Shown here in pieces: positions 37,951-47,037 of a stretch of 64,000 nt of DNA. Source of the DNA: a virus (taxonomy: Duplodnaviria > Caudoviricetes). How positions within the stretch are numbered: the first letter of the stretch is position 1; the number at the start of each line of letters is the position of its first letter. The DNA lies in the IMG/VR virus record IMGVR_UViG_3300020371_000002; one strand, written 5' to 3'. The position numbers and the translations under genes are program-made. The notes below the pieces were generated by a model, which made no database searches, had not been told where the DNA came from, and was given only the letters and a program-made list of their open reading frames with translations.

Positions 37951-37991
37951 TTGTATTTTCTCCGTATTTGTTCGTATTGTGTGTATTGAAC

Positions 37992-38384
37992 TTATTGATT
38001 ATACATCCAATCCCCATCTTCGTCAACGTCTTCATCGACCCAAGATGCAGGATCTTCGAGTCTCTCTTCGAGACTGTCCAACACTGACATCAGGCCATCA
38101 AAGAATTGTTCGATGGGTTGATCCTTTTTCAAACCAAGGAACTTCGCGGATTCCATGATGTTCTCTTTCATTTCAATCGCCTTAGGATCATCGGACAGTT
38201 TCAGGCGAGTATAAAAGAGTTTCTGTTTTTCTAGGAGAGACTTCATCATTTCAAGATGATTTTCACGATCTTCCTTAGTCATTGCCGCAGGATGTTTAAA
38301 CATCTCCTTGGTCATTGCCTCTTGAAGTTCATTGATCTCAGTAACAGCGGCACGAACCACTGGTGATTCAAAAAATTTGCTCAC
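37992..38384 (-). CDS. DUF1825-like protein
   Basis: FFESPVVRA...LLEKQKLFYTRLKLSDDP.A. Confidence 0.75.
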   Translation of the reverse strand: MSKFFESPVVRAAVTEINELQEAMTKEMFKHPAAMTKEDRENHLEMMKSLLEKQKLFYTRLKLSDDPKAIEMKENIMESAKFLGLKKDQPIEQFFDGLMSVLDSLEERLEDPASWVDEDVDEDGDWMYNQ

Positions 38385-38971
38385 ACTACAATCTCCCGTA
38401 GAATCCTTTTATATCCTTGGATGTCAGTATTTAGGAAGGGTTTATACTTCCTGATTTTAAAACTGACGGTTTCCCACACTGGGTCAAACAGCATGGTATC
38501 AAAGTTCTTAGCAAAACCAAGAACCATATCTAAGAGTACCATAGTTTCTATAGAAATGGCACTCTGTAAATGTTTTTTTAATATGGTAGGATGGTTACCA
38601 TTCTTACTTGCAAATATAGAATCAAAATCCTGACCTGCAAGAAAAATAGACGCCTCTGTCTTAAACATAAACGGAAGCGTCTTCATTTTATCTGACCATT
38701 CTTGATATCTTTTATCACCATTGTCTATAATCTGTCCGATCCACACTGTACGGGGATCCTCCGCCTGACTAAAACTGGCAGTAAAATAATCGTAAATTTC
38801 TTGGTCGGTTTTCTTTCTAGACATTCTTTCAAAGAAGTACCGATCCTTTCTCTTCTTGAAAGTAGATTCGTTTGCTCTAGTCTTTCCCTTATACTTAAAA
38901 AAATCGTAACTCTCTTTCGTAAAGTGATTCTTGAAAGAGAGATACGTTTTATACACATCAAAAGGAGTCAT
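38381..38971 (-). CDS. gp59: loader of gp41 helicase
   Basis: FDVYKTYLSFKNHFT...YDFFKYKGK...KDRYFFE...KIRKYKPFL. Confidence 0.92.
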   Translation of the reverse strand: MTPFDVYKTYLSFKNHFTKESYDFFKYKGKTRANESTFKKRKDRYFFERMSRKKTDQEIYDYFTASFSQAEDPRTVWIGQIIDNGDKRYQEWSDKMKTLPFMFKTEASIFLAGQDFDSIFASKNGNHPTILKKHLQSAISIETMVLLDMVLGFAKNFDTMLFDPVWETVSFKIRKYKPFLNTDIQGYKRILREIVV

Positions 38972-39258
38972 TCATCCTCTTCTTCATCAATATCAAATTG
39001 CCCCTGAAAATCGGGGAATTGTTTCTGTAAATTATATTCAGTTACAATACCAAATAATTTAGCCTTCAATAATTTAAGGTACTCCTGTTCTGCCCTAGGT
39101 CTCCTAGGGTATCCAGGCCACATCTTCAGATATTCTTCAGCGATGCCCAATAAGGCCTTGACTTCCCAGATACCAAGTCGCATTTCCAATCTCCAGCCGT
39201 CATCCTCCTCGGGATACTCTTCGGGGAAATGATTGAACAGATCGTCTGGGTATCCCAT
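38968..39258 (-). CDS. hypothetical protein
   Basis: ORF track; coupled overlaps with neighbours. Confidence 0.65.
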   Translation of the reverse strand: MGYPDDLFNHFPEEYPEEDDGWRLEMRLGIWEVKALLGIAEEYLKMWPGYPRRPRAEQEYLKLLKAKLFGIVTEYNLQKQFPDFQGQFDIDEEEDE

Positions 39259-39261
39259 GGG

Positions 39262-39516
39262 TTACAAAGGCAGTTTTGCTTTCGACGTTTTCTTCAAAAA
39301 GTTGAGTTCCATTGCTTCACTCTTGAGTTTTTCCTTAAGAGGCTTTGAGATAAGTTTTGACACAGAATCCAATTCAATATTGTTTTCTTCGCAATAACTT
39401 ACGATTGCCTCGATGTAATTTAACTCCGAGTTCAAAACAAGTTGTTCAATATCTTGACTGAACTTGCCTTGGCACAGAAACTTCTCCTTGAGTAGGTCGT
39501 TAACTTCTTTCTCCAT
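39262..39516 (-). CDS. gp33: late-promoter co-activator
   Basis: KFSQDIE.LV...NYIEAIV.YCEEN.IE...LKEKL..EA.ELNFL; start reassigned to MEKEV. Confidence 0.9.
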   Translation of the reverse strand: MEKEVNDLLKEKFLCQGKFSQDIEQLVLNSELNYIEAIVSYCEENNIELDSVSKLISKPLKEKLKSEAMELNFLKKTSKAKLPL

Positions 39517-40186
39517 ACTCTCCGAGTTTGTGAGTGACGAATTCTTTAATGTACCTGGTAAGAAGTTTAATATAGTCACTTTTGTTGGTTTTTTCATAAA
39601 CAACACATTCTCCATTTTCAGCCACCATAATGGTGACAATCTTTTTCACGATTTCGCCTGTCATCTCATAATACATGCAGGCATAAGCGGTCTCTTGAAC
39701 GAAATATTGTTCAATCCACTTTTCTGGTTTGATTTTCGTTGAAGTCTTAAAGTCGATGACTGCCAGTTCACCGTTGTACTCGGCAATACAATCAACACGT
39801 CCTGCAATTCCAAAGTAGTCACTATAGAGTGACTTCTCTAGTGCATGTATGTTATTTATATTGTCTAACTTATCCTTCGCGGCAACAAATAATGCCATCG
39901 TAGAAGGAAGTGGTTTAGCAGCCTTTACATCTTCATTCTTCAGATAAACCTCAACCAATTCATGAAACAAGGATCCTCTTCGAGTGGATACTCTGGAAAC
40001 TTTATTAGCTTCTTCTTCACCAACACGAGCTCTCCAGTCCTGAAAAACTTTTCGGTTATAAAAACTAGTGACCGATGTGATAGAAGGCATTGGTTTACCC
40101 GATGGGGTATCATAATACCTAACACCATCAATAGTTTTAGCCGTCAGATCAAAATCTTTAAGCTTATCAAGATGAACAAACGTCAT
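39500..40186 (-). CDS. PD-(D/E)xK exonuclease (Cas4/exonuclease A-like)
   Basis: PSITSV...RG..FHE..E...GRVDCIAEY.GELAVIDFKTS...YFVQETAY. Confidence 0.9.
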   Translation of the reverse strand: MTFVHLDKLKDFDLTAKTIDGVRYYDTPSGKPMPSITSVTSFYNRKVFQDWRARVGEEEANKVSRVSTRRGSLFHELVEVYLKNEDVKAAKPLPSTMALFVAAKDKLDNINNIHALEKSLYSDYFGIAGRVDCIAEYNGELAVIDFKTSTKIKPEKWIEQYFVQETAYACMYYEMTGEIVKKIVTIMVAENGECVVYEKTNKSDYIKLLTRYIKEFVTHKLGEYGERS

Positions 40187-40941
40187 AAAGCGAGAGCAAG
40201 TTTTGTAACCAAATAGTTTCTAACCAGTCCCGAACGAACAATATCATCAAGTCCAAATTCAATTACACCAAAGTCTTCTTCCATTACTTCAATGATCTTT
40301 TTGAAATCAATGATCCCATCCTTTTCATATGACTTGGTGAGATCTGTTTGAGTGGCGTCACCGCAGAAAATAATCTTACAGTTATCACCAACTCTAGTAA
40401 TTATACTATCTAATTCATGAAAATTCAAGTTCTGCATCTCATCCACTAACACAATGCAATTATCCATGGTTGTGCCACGAATAAAAGATGTACTCCAGAA
40501 TGAAATAGTTTCTTGAGTCTTCAAGTTACCGTACAACATTTCGAAATCAGCATCAGTTGCCATCTCGAACATGTACTTCACCATATTTTTATATGGAATC
40601 TGATACAAGGCAGACTTATCATCATGATCGCCAGGAAGGAATCCAATCTCTCTAGTGGAGACTAGAGAACGAACAATGTATAACTTTTCGTAAGGAGTTT
40701 CATCGTTCAGAACATCTTGCAATGCCTTGTACAAACTGATGAATGTTTTACCAGTACCAGCAGCACCATATGCAAAAATGTTTTTACCTTCATCATATGC
40801 ATCAAAAAGAACTTTCTGATTATCAGTCAGAGGTTCAATGTCAACCAACATATCAGTGTTGATTGGTTTCTTACGACGCATTTGTTTTGCTGTCATCCCC
40901 ACTCCAATGGGATCGTCAGACTTTCTTTTCCTTCTTGGCAT
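40183..40941 (-). CDS. phoH: PhoH family ATPase
   Basis: GAAGTGKT, REIGFLPG, RGTT, DEMQN, GDATQTDL. Confidence 0.96.
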   Translation of the reverse strand: MPRRKRKSDDPIGVGMTAKQMRRKKPINTDMLVDIEPLTDNQKVLFDAYDEGKNIFAYGAAGTGKTFISLYKALQDVLNDETPYEKLYIVRSLVSTREIGFLPGDHDDKSALYQIPYKNMVKYMFEMATDADFEMLYGNLKTQETISFWSTSFIRGTTMDNCIVLVDEMQNLNFHELDSIITRVGDNCKIIFCGDATQTDLTKSYEKDGIIDFKKIIEVMEEDFGVIEFGLDDIVRSGLVRNYLVTKLALAL

Positions 40942-40943
40942 AA

Positions 40944-41201
40944 TTATCGTGACAATTTGTTCATTCGACCTCGGATACCTGCAGACTTCTCAGCCTTCTT
41001 GAGGACCTGATTCCAACTCGGGTGTGTCTTAGACATCTTGTCTCTCCACTCACCCACTTCTCCCACGCCTGGGGTATTTTCTGGTGTGTAGTATCTTTCC
41101 CAATCAGGATTGTCTTCTTTCCACTGATCCCATTCATGAATGCTCATTCTGACATCCTTTGTTTCGCCAGTTTCTTTGTGTTTTACAGGATATGTTGCCA
41201 T
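40944..41201 (-). CDS. conserved cyanophage hypothetical protein
   Basis: MATYPVKHKETGE...WDQWKEDNPDW. Confidence 0.75.
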   Translation of the reverse strand: MATYPVKHKETGETKDVRMSIHEWDQWKEDNPDWERYYTPENTPGVGEVGEWRDKMSKTHPSWNQVLKKAEKSAGIRGRMNKLSR

Positions 41202-41833
41202 CAAATCCACTCCAATGCTTCAGCAACAGTAGGGAACTGTTCACAGAAGATTGCCTTGCACGCCTCAGCGATCTTCATATGTTCCTTCTGGGTTCCATGT
41301 GCGGAACGTAATTCTATATAGTGGATCCATGAACGGCATGATCCCGTCATGTAGATTTTTGTTGGCGTGCATAATGGCAATACCATTCGAGCACACTCCT
41401 TAGCAACGCCTGCACCAAGCATCTGTTCATACAATGCCTCTGCACTACTGAAGAGAGTCTTCATCTGACGTTGCAGTTTATCTACCAGTTCAGGATCAAG
41501 ATCATCGATACTATTCTGGCGATTCTTATCGTCTTGACGGCGGAGTTCTGGGATAGGAATCTCACCTAACTTTGTACTCTCTGCATACCGTTGTGAAAAT
41601 TCCTGGAAGCAGAACGAGCGATGGCGTAGCACTTGAGCCGCTATCGCTCTGGTAGTCTCAATCTCAAGAGTCATTGTGGATTGTTCGAACACAGACCAAT
41701 GATTGTGTTTGATACAGTACCTCAATAATCCTGCAAATTTTTCATTGTCCTGATTGTCTGGATTGCTCACCCTAGCAATGTATGCCATGGTTTGCTCCGC
41801 ATCAGGAGTAACACTAACTAATTTTGCACTCAT
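41201..41833 (-). CDS. thyX: FAD-dependent thymidylate synthase
   Basis: HWSVFEQ...RAIAAQVLRHRSFCFQEFSQRY...ECARMVLP. Confidence 0.97.
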   Translation of the reverse strand: MSAKLVSVTPDAEQTMAYIARVSNPDNQDNEKFAGLLRYCIKHNHWSVFEQSTMTLEIETTRAIAAQVLRHRSFCFQEFSQRYAESTKLGEIPIPELRRQDDKNRQNSIDDLDPELVDKLQRQMKTLFSSAEALYEQMLGAGVAKECARMVLPLCTPTKIYMTGSCRSWIHYIELRSAHGTQKEHMKIAEACKAIFCEQFPTVAEALEWI

Positions 41834-41835
41834 AA

Positions 41836-41997
41836 TCAATCTGCGTAACCGTCGTCGTCATCTCTACCGTAGTATCGGAATCCAAATTCAGGATCCTTTG
41901 GAAGGTATGCATCTTTATCAGCATACACTTCTGTTTTAATCTCCTCTAGTAAAACTTCAAGGTTTTTTATCAGGAGTTTGAGTTTGTCTCGTTTCAT
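41836..41997 (-). CDS. hypothetical protein, 53 aa (not in track)
   Basis: MKRDKLKLLIKNLEVLLEEIKTEVYAD...DDDDGYAD. Confidence 0.7.
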   Translation of the reverse strand: MKRDKLKLLIKNLEVLLEEIKTEVYADKDAYLPKDPEFGFRYYGRDDDDGYAD

Positions 41998-42491
41998 TGT
42001 GGTACACCCTCAAATATATTGAAGTTAAAGTTGATAACCACTCGTCGATTTACATCAGTACAAGTGACACCAGCATGTTGTAAATTAGAATCAAAGACTA
42101 CAAGTCTATTTGATTTACTATGTATCTTAGTACCATCACGAAAGATTGTACAGCCATTATTTGTATTCATGTACAAGATGGCAGTAATACAATTAGGAAA
42201 ATCTGTATGGTAATCATTAACTACGGGTTCAGTAGTCTTTGTTGTCAGATTTGCCTTGCATCTAATAATTGAAGATGCATTCAAGTCTTTGAACACAGGT
42301 TGAACCAGAGACCAATACTGACTTCTAGGTTCATACTCCTGATAAAAACAATGAGTGAACTGATACTTACCATCATCTGGCAGTACAATTCCCTCATTGT
42401 AGTTCCATGGGAAAAACATTCCCATCATTTGTTCTTCTAGTTGATCAAAAAGTTTCTGATCCAAGAAGTCATCAAGTACCTGAGTCTTCAT
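41994..42491 (-). CDS. 2OG-Fe(II) oxygenase
   Basis: DYHTD...TAILYMNTNNG.T...NRLVVFD...HAG...RRVVINFN. Confidence 0.85.
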   Translation of the reverse strand: MKTQVLDDFLDQKLFDQLEEQMMGMFFPWNYNEGIVLPDDGKYQFTHCFYQEYEPRSQYWSLVQPVFKDLNASSIIRCKANLTTKTTEPVVNDYHTDFPNCITAILYMNTNNGCTIFRDGTKIHSKSNRLVVFDSNLQHAGVTCTDVNRRVVINFNFNIFEGVPQ

Positions 42492-42675
42492 AGTTTGCTG
42501 GATTATACTTCAGGTACTCAAAGAATGTCAACTTCATTTCTTTGTGTGTCATACCACAGTGATCAGCAGCATTAGGAAGATTCATCTTCGCATAGAAGAG
42601 GGCTTCATTCGCCTCCTGCACATTCTGCGGAGTCGTCTTCACTCTTTTCTTGGGTGAAACTCTTGTCTGGTCCAT
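42472..42675 (-). CDS. conserved cyanophage hypothetical protein
   Basis: TTPQNVQEANEALF...AADHCGMT. Confidence 0.7.
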   Translation of the reverse strand: MDQTRVSPKKRVKTTPQNVQEANEALFYAKMNLPNAADHCGMTHKEMKLTFFEYLKYNPANYEDSGT

Positions 42676-42835
42676 AATCTTTTAGTAGTTTACTAATAGT
42701 ATCATCAGTTCCATTCAGGTTACGAATCTCGTAAAGATTGGACTTCATATACTTCTTTAGTTTTTTGTACGTTTTCAATACCTTAGCCATCTCGTCAACA
42801 TTGACGTTGACTTTGGCTTTGCCATCATCTGTCAT
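42605..42835 (-). CDS. hypothetical protein
   Basis: ORF track. Confidence 0.6.
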   Translation of the reverse strand: MTDDGKAKVNVNVDEMAKVLKTYKKLKKYMKSNLYEIRNLNGTDDTISKLLKDYGPDKSFTQEKSEDDSAECAGGE

Positions 42836-43092
42836 TTTTTCTTAGACTTTTTCTCACTGTTACCCCATAGTTTAGGGTTGACTCGTCCTTGTGTCTGAGT
42901 CATATTCATTACAGAGCGAAACTTATCCCAGTAGTAATCAAAGATATCTACTCGTTTTGCTGCTGTAGAAATGTCAAATTTTACTTTATCGTTATCCTTG
43001 TATTGTACAAGGTATGCAGTGTAAGGTAGTGATCTATCCTCAGCAACTGTAGGATCACAGTCTTCATGAAGAATTCTAATACCTTTACCCAT
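42832..43092 (-). CDS. conserved cyanophage hypothetical protein
   Basis: HEDCDP...LPYTAYLVQY...FDYYWD. Confidence 0.7.
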   Translation of the reverse strand: MGKGIRILHEDCDPTVAEDRSLPYTAYLVQYKDNDKVKFDISTAAKRVDIFDYYWDKFRSVMNMTQTQGRVNPKLWGNSEKKSKKK

Positions 43093-43655
43093 TAACTTCG
43101 TCCTCCCCATTGAATGTCTGGATATGCCTCAGAGACAATCTCCTTCTTGATAGCGTATACACTCTCAAGGTTCTTGTCTTTAACCAAACAAAGGATCTTT
43201 GCCTCTTCGGGATGCAAAGACTCAAGCATGTTGATAAACATAGTCTCTCGTTTGATTTTATTGAGAGCATCGTTTCCGCCTTTAACAAAATTGTAAAGAC
43301 GTTTCCACTCATTCCTCAAAGTTGATCGTTGTGGAATACCTCGCTGTGGATCAGGTGCAGCCTCTTCAGTTAAGGGTTGGTATGGTACATCCCCTGCAGG
43401 GATCATCGACAATACAGTTTCATCGAAGTTCCAAATGAAGAGAGCTTTGAGAAAGTCACCACCATGCTGTTGGAGGATTTGAACTTTCTTTGCCTTTGTT
43501 CTCTCTTGAACAACAGCCCCTAGAATTTCATGGACCAAAGAGTTTGGTCGCAGTTCAATCTTTTGAACTTTGATAGTCTTTGGTCCCGTTTTTTTCTTTG
43601 CAGTCGTAGACGTGGTTCTAGTTTTCCGCGTCGTCGATCTCTTCGTAGTCGTCAT
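43092..43655 (-). CDS. conserved cyanophage protein (DUF6433-like)
   Basis: IWNFDE...GDVPY...RETMFINMLE.LHPEEA. Confidence 0.7.
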   Translation of the reverse strand: MTTTKRSTTRKTRTTSTTAKKKTGPKTIKVQKIELRPNSLVHEILGAVVQERTKAKKVQILQQHGGDFLKALFIWNFDETVLSMIPAGDVPYQPLTEEAAPDPQRGIPQRSTLRNEWKRLYNFVKGGNDALNKIKRETMFINMLESLHPEEAKILCLVKDKNLESVYAIKKEIVSEAYPDIQWGGRS

Positions 43656-43845
43656 AATTGTTTTCAAACCTCACGGCTAAAATTTCATCAGGAATAACAT
43701 TACCATTTACATCAAACATCTCAGGATGGAGGGCGGGTGTCGCGGTATAAAACTGATGTTGCTGATATAGCCAACCAATTATACCACCAATCATTAAAAA
43801 CATCACGCTAATCAGAACAAAAATTGCAACTAATGTAATTTCCAT
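43618..43845 (-). CDS. hypothetical membrane protein
   Basis: N-terminal TM; HPEMFD.NGN.IPDE. Confidence 0.7.
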   Translation of the reverse strand: MEITLVAIFVLISVMFLMIGGIIGWLYQQHQFYTATPALHPEMFDVNGNVIPDEILAVRFENNYDDYEEIDDAEN

Positions 43846-43866
43846 GTCCTTTTCCTCCCACGGGCG

Positions 43867-44091
43867 TTACTTCTTTTTTATATCTAGGGAGATCTGTATA
43901 AAAAAATCAAACTCACGGTGGAAAAGTGAGAGTAACTTTCCGAATCGGACCTCCCAAGTCTTCGATTCTTGTATTTCTGGTGGGTTGCCTCCTGATAACA
44001 TAAGATCCACACCTCTATTTATGTGGAGGTCCGCATCGTTTTTCATGTAAGGATGCGGTGTTCTTTCAGGTACTCGATTGCCTCTTGACAA
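43867..44091 (-). CDS. hypothetical protein
   Basis: INRGVDLML...EFDFFIQISLDIK. Confidence 0.55.
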   Translation of the reverse strand: MSRGNRVPERTPHPYMKNDADLHINRGVDLMLSGGNPPEIQESKTWEVRFGKLLSLFHREFDFFIQISLDIKKK

Positions 44092-44279
44092 TCCCCAAGA
44101 TGTTTACCATTTAATTCCACTTGAGGAAATTGATTCTTTCCAGGGAACTTAGTTGTAAATTCGTCTTCAGTAAAATCAGCGTCAAGTTCTAGGTAATCAT
44201 ATTCTTTCCCGAGCAATTCGAGAACCATAACAATTTTCTTACACAACCCACACTTGGCTTTACCCCAGATTACATACAT
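44043..44279 (-). CDS. grx: glutaredoxin
   Basis: CGLC, FPQV, LGDC. Confidence 0.85.
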   Translation of the reverse strand: MYVIWGKAKCGLCKKIVMVLELLGKEYDYLELDADFTEDEFTTKFPGKNQFPQVELNGKHLGDCQEAIEYLKEHRILT

Positions 44280-44280
44280 A

Positions 44281-44481
44281 CTACTCCTCTCCGTGTTTAA
44301 ATAAATCTTCCATATTTTCGAACATCTTATCCATTTTCTTCAGTTGGTCGATACCCATAATCATCTTAGAGATGGTATGACTAACGTAAGGTTCTTCGTG
44401 TCTCGCAGCAAATGCGAGTGCATTACGCAGAGATTGTTCCGCTTCTGTGAGAGAACTCTCTACTCTTTCAGACAGTGCCAT
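44281..44481 (-). CDS. conserved cyanophage hypothetical protein
   Basis: MALSERVE.SL.EA...LRNALAFAAR.E. Confidence 0.7.
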   Translation of the reverse strand: MALSERVESSLTEAEQSLRNALAFAARHEEPYVSHTISKMIMGIDQLKKMDKMFENMEDLFKHGEE

Positions 44482-45121
44482 TGATAGAATCCCAATCTTT
44501 TTGGAAACGTTCCAGTCCGCTATCAGTCAACACATGGTTGAACATCTTATTAAACACCCCGACTGGTAGGGTACATACTTCAGACCCATAGGCGAAACAC
44601 CTAGAGACGTGATGAACATCACGCAAGGATGCAGAAAGAATATTGGTACGAACCATATGTTCTCTATAACACATAGAGATGGAGCGTACAAGTTCTACAC
44701 CACTAAAAGAATTATCGTTGAGTCTTCCGACAAATGGAGAAACATACGTTGCATCAGCTTTCGCAGCCAAAATTGCCTGAGCAACAGAGAATACAAGAGT
44801 CACATTGGTAGTGAATCCTTCACCTCTCAGTGCCTTACATGCTTTAAGTCCTTCGACTGTGCATGGCACTTTGATAGTAACGTTCTTCATCTCTTTGAAT
44901 ACCTGTGCCTGATCGATCATGTCAGGTGCAGTATCAGCAACAACCTCAGCAGAGATAGACTCAAAATGAGGGAACTCCTCAGAGATCTCTCTGATCGTCT
45001 CTACGGGGTCTTTACCAGCCTTAAGGATAAGGGTTGGATTTGTGGTCACACCGTCTACAAGACCCGTGGCATTCCCCTTACGGATCTCTTCAATATCGGC
45101 AGTGTCAAGAAAGATTCGCAT
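44468..45121 (-). CDS. talC: transaldolase (TalC/FSA type)
   Basis: IFLDTAD, GVTTNPTLI, ISAEV, TIKVP, TNVTLVFS, YVSPFVGR. Confidence 0.97.
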   Translation of the reverse strand: MRIFLDTADIEEIRKGNATGLVDGVTTNPTLILKAGKDPVETIREISEEFPHFESISAEVVADTAPDMIDQAQVFKEMKNVTIKVPCTVEGLKACKALRGEGFTTNVTLVFSVAQAILAAKADATYVSPFVGRLNDNSFSGVELVRSISMCYREHMVRTNILSASLRDVHHVSRCFAYGSEVCTLPVGVFNKMFNHVLTDSGLERFQKDWDSINGTV

Positions 45122-45123
45122 TA

Positions 45124-45315
45124 CTAATCATCTCCATCTAGTCTGTGTTTTTTTCGAATTTTTTTAAGTTGTTTTAGTTCTTCTTTGATTTGTTGATATG
45201 CAGTTTCCACTTCAATCTTATTCGCTATTTCCATAGCGCATACCATGGAAACCTTGTCTCCGAAACGAGCAAGAGCCCGTTCAAAGTCATTATCGTGCGA
45301 GTAAAATGGAACCAT
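45124..45315 (-). CDS. hypothetical protein
   Basis: ORF track. Confidence 0.65.
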   Translation of the reverse strand: MVPFYSHDNDFERALARFGDKVSMVCAMEIANKIEVETAYQQIKEELKQLKKIRKKHRLDGDD

Positions 45316-45509
45316 TACTTTTTAACTGTGTCGAGGAACAAATAATTGGGGTGTTCCGCTTTATATCTCTCAACCTCTTGTTCATTTTTTAGAAAAACTG
45401 AAAGGGTAGGTTGATGTTCTTTGAAACAATAGCGCAATTGGATAAAATCTTGTTGAGCCATTTTGGTTCTCCCAATGATAGTGGCATTATATCCCCTTAT
45501 ATAGGGCAA
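45315..45509 (-). CDS. hypothetical protein
   Basis: ORF track. Confidence 0.55.
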   Translation of the reverse strand: MPYIRGYNATIIGRTKMAQQDFIQLRYCFKEHQPTLSVFLKNEQEVERYKAEHPNYLFLDTVKK

Positions 45510-45514
45510 GTCAA

Positions 45515-45790
45515 CTAGAGTTTTCCTCCTACAACTCCATCATACGACGTAGACGTTTCTGGGAATCCGTGTTTGACCCCATGTAAGTGGAATACAGTTC
45601 CATCGTAACAAGCCCCCTTGGTAAGTGCGGTGATGATTCCCTTACCTTCCTTATCATAGCTAGTCCAAAGTCCAAATCTCGACTGCTTGAGTTCAAAGAT
45701 TCCTGTTCCATGGTCATACCAATTTCCTTCTTGAATCAAATCGTTGTATGGATGTTCATAAATGTCAGAACTCTTCGTTTCTTCTTTCAT
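45515..45790 (-). CDS. hypothetical protein
   Basis: SRFGLWTSY...YDGVVGGKL. Confidence 0.65.
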   Translation of the reverse strand: MKEETKSSDIYEHPYNDLIQEGNWYDHGTGIFELKQSRFGLWTSYDKEGKGIITALTKGACYDGTVFHLHGVKHGFPETSTSYDGVVGGKL

Positions 45791-45941
45791 CTAAGTACCT
45801 AATTACTTCCTCTCTCCATTCCATAAGTTCATGGTAACATTTTTCATCATGAGCATACTGACGAAGTTCATGATCTGGTTTTAAAACACTCTCATAGAAA
45901 ATAAAAAACGCATCTTTGCGTTTCAATTTTTTAGAATCCAT
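45765..45941 (-). CDS. conserved cyanophage hypothetical protein, 58 aa (not in track)
   Basis: MDSKKLKRKDAFFIFYESVLKPDHELRQYAHDEKCYHELM... Confidence 0.65.
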   Translation of the reverse strand: MDSKKLKRKDAFFIFYESVLKPDHELRQYAHDEKCYHELMEWREEVIRYLDERRNEEF

Positions 45942-46206
45942 TTGGTTTATCCTCCATCTTGAGGGTATCTTTTACAAGCTCGATAGCATCCCACTGACTT
46001 GCCATTTCATCAGTCAGATACATGACTCGTTTCTCATGAATCTGATCTCTCTCCAAAAGATAAGACAAAGTATCAGACAGTCGTTGCCGTCTACCTTCCT
46101 TGTCAATCAGAAAGATACTATATGTGTTTTGAAATTTCTTTTCTAGTCTAAACTTTATGTACAAGAAGAGTACAAAATTCAGAATTAAAACATACAAGTA
46201 GATCAT
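45931..46206 (-). CDS. hypothetical membrane protein
   Basis: N-terminal TM. Confidence 0.6.
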   Translation of the reverse strand: MIYLYVLILNFVLFLYIKFRLEKKFQNTYSIFLIDKEGRRQRLSDTLSYLLERDQIHEKRVMYLTDEMASQWDAIELVKDTLKMEDKPNGF

Positions 46207-46463
46207 GAAACCTTGGAAAGGTCCTCAAATGTTAACATGCCATTGTCCTTTTGTCCAGCTGGAACAAATTTATACTCGTTGTTCCATTTGAACGACGTGT
46301 TATTCAATTCATGTTTTACCACTTCTGCGACTGTTTCTGGTTCGTTCTCTAATTTTGCAAGAACCTGAGCAAGGAGGAGTTTAACCTCATGAATCTCAGC
46401 GTGGATGTCTTGATGGTGGAACCTCAAAGACTTCTCAATCAACTTCTGAATTTTTTTCTTCAT
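46203..46463 (-). CDS. hypothetical protein
   Basis: LRFHHQDIH; late promoter at 46482-46488. Confidence 0.6.
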   Translation of the reverse strand: MKKKIQKLIEKSLRFHHQDIHAEIHEVKLLLAQVLAKLENEPETVAEVVKHELNNTSFKWNNEYKFVPAGQKDNGMLTFEDLSKVS

Positions 46464-46484
46464 AGCGGTGAGCATTCGCAATAT

Positions 46485-46595
46485 TTAGGAGTCACTAAAA
46501 ATACTGAGCAGGAATAACATTACACCAAACCCAAGGAACCAGGCAAGGATAATGAGAAACCCAATGTCACCGTCAGTGAGCGGTGCCGTTTCCAT
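46485..46595 (-). CDS. 36-aa membrane peptide (not in track)
   Basis: METAPLTDGDIGFLIILAWFLGFGVMLFLLSIFSDS. Confidence 0.5.
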   Translation of the reverse strand: METAPLTDGDIGFLIILAWFLGFGVMLFLLSIFSDS

Positions 46596-46704
46596 TATAG
46601 TCGTCTGAATCATAGTAATCGTTCTCTCCTTTAAGGAATCCGAACAAGAATGTGGTCAGTACAAAAGGTACGGAAATCCACATTAGAAAGTGTGCAAATG
46701 TCAT
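46573..46704 (-). CDS. 43-aa membrane peptide (not in track)
   Basis: MTFAHFLMWISVPFVLTTFLFGFLKGENDYYDSDDYNGNGTAH. Confidence 0.65.
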   Translation of the reverse strand: MTFAHFLMWISVPFVLTTFLFGFLKGENDYYDSDDYNGNGTAH

Positions 46705-46850
46705 GGGTTACTTGGATCAATTCCTAGGTCAATTAAATAATCTGTCCACCACTCTGGGTTTTTTCTCTGTCGCCATTGTGGGACTGGTATCCCCCTTTCA
46801 ATAACATAATACTCGTGGAGGCTATCCTCTATAATCTGTACGATCTCCAT
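46701..46850 (-). CDS. hypothetical protein, 49 aa
   Basis: start reassigned to MEIVQIIED. Confidence 0.55.
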   Translation of the reverse strand: MEIVQIIEDSLHEYYVIERGIPVPQWRQRKNPEWWTDYLIDLGIDPSNP

Positions 46851-47037
46851 ATTCCTCTTCCTCTTCATCAACGTCTTCATACGGGTTGACCACATAGGGT
46901 CCTCGTTTTCGAAAAGGTTCTCTTCGAACATAAGCAGACTCGGCATTGACGGCAGATAACCATACGGCAATTTTCATCACTATGTAGATGATTGCTATCG
47001 GTGATAGACAGGCTAGTAGAATGAGGTTTTGTCTCAT
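46822..47037 (-). CDS. hypothetical membrane protein
   Basis: TM followed by RKRGPYV.NPYEDVDEEEE. Confidence 0.65.
   Translation of the reverse strand: MRQNLILLACLSPIAIIYIVMKIAVWLSAVNAESAYVRREPFRKRGPYVVNPYEDVDEEEEEYGDRTDYRG

Noticed and set aside
37207-37989. 260-aa + strand ORF
   Set aside because: Antisense to gp32
39517-39639. N-terminal extension of gp33 in the track
   Set aside because: Overlaps the exonuclease 3' end; gp33 similarity starts at MEKEV
40183-41000. Pho box upstream of phoH
   Set aside because: phoH is operonic, with a 2-nt gap to the upstream gene and no recognisable tandem Pho repeat
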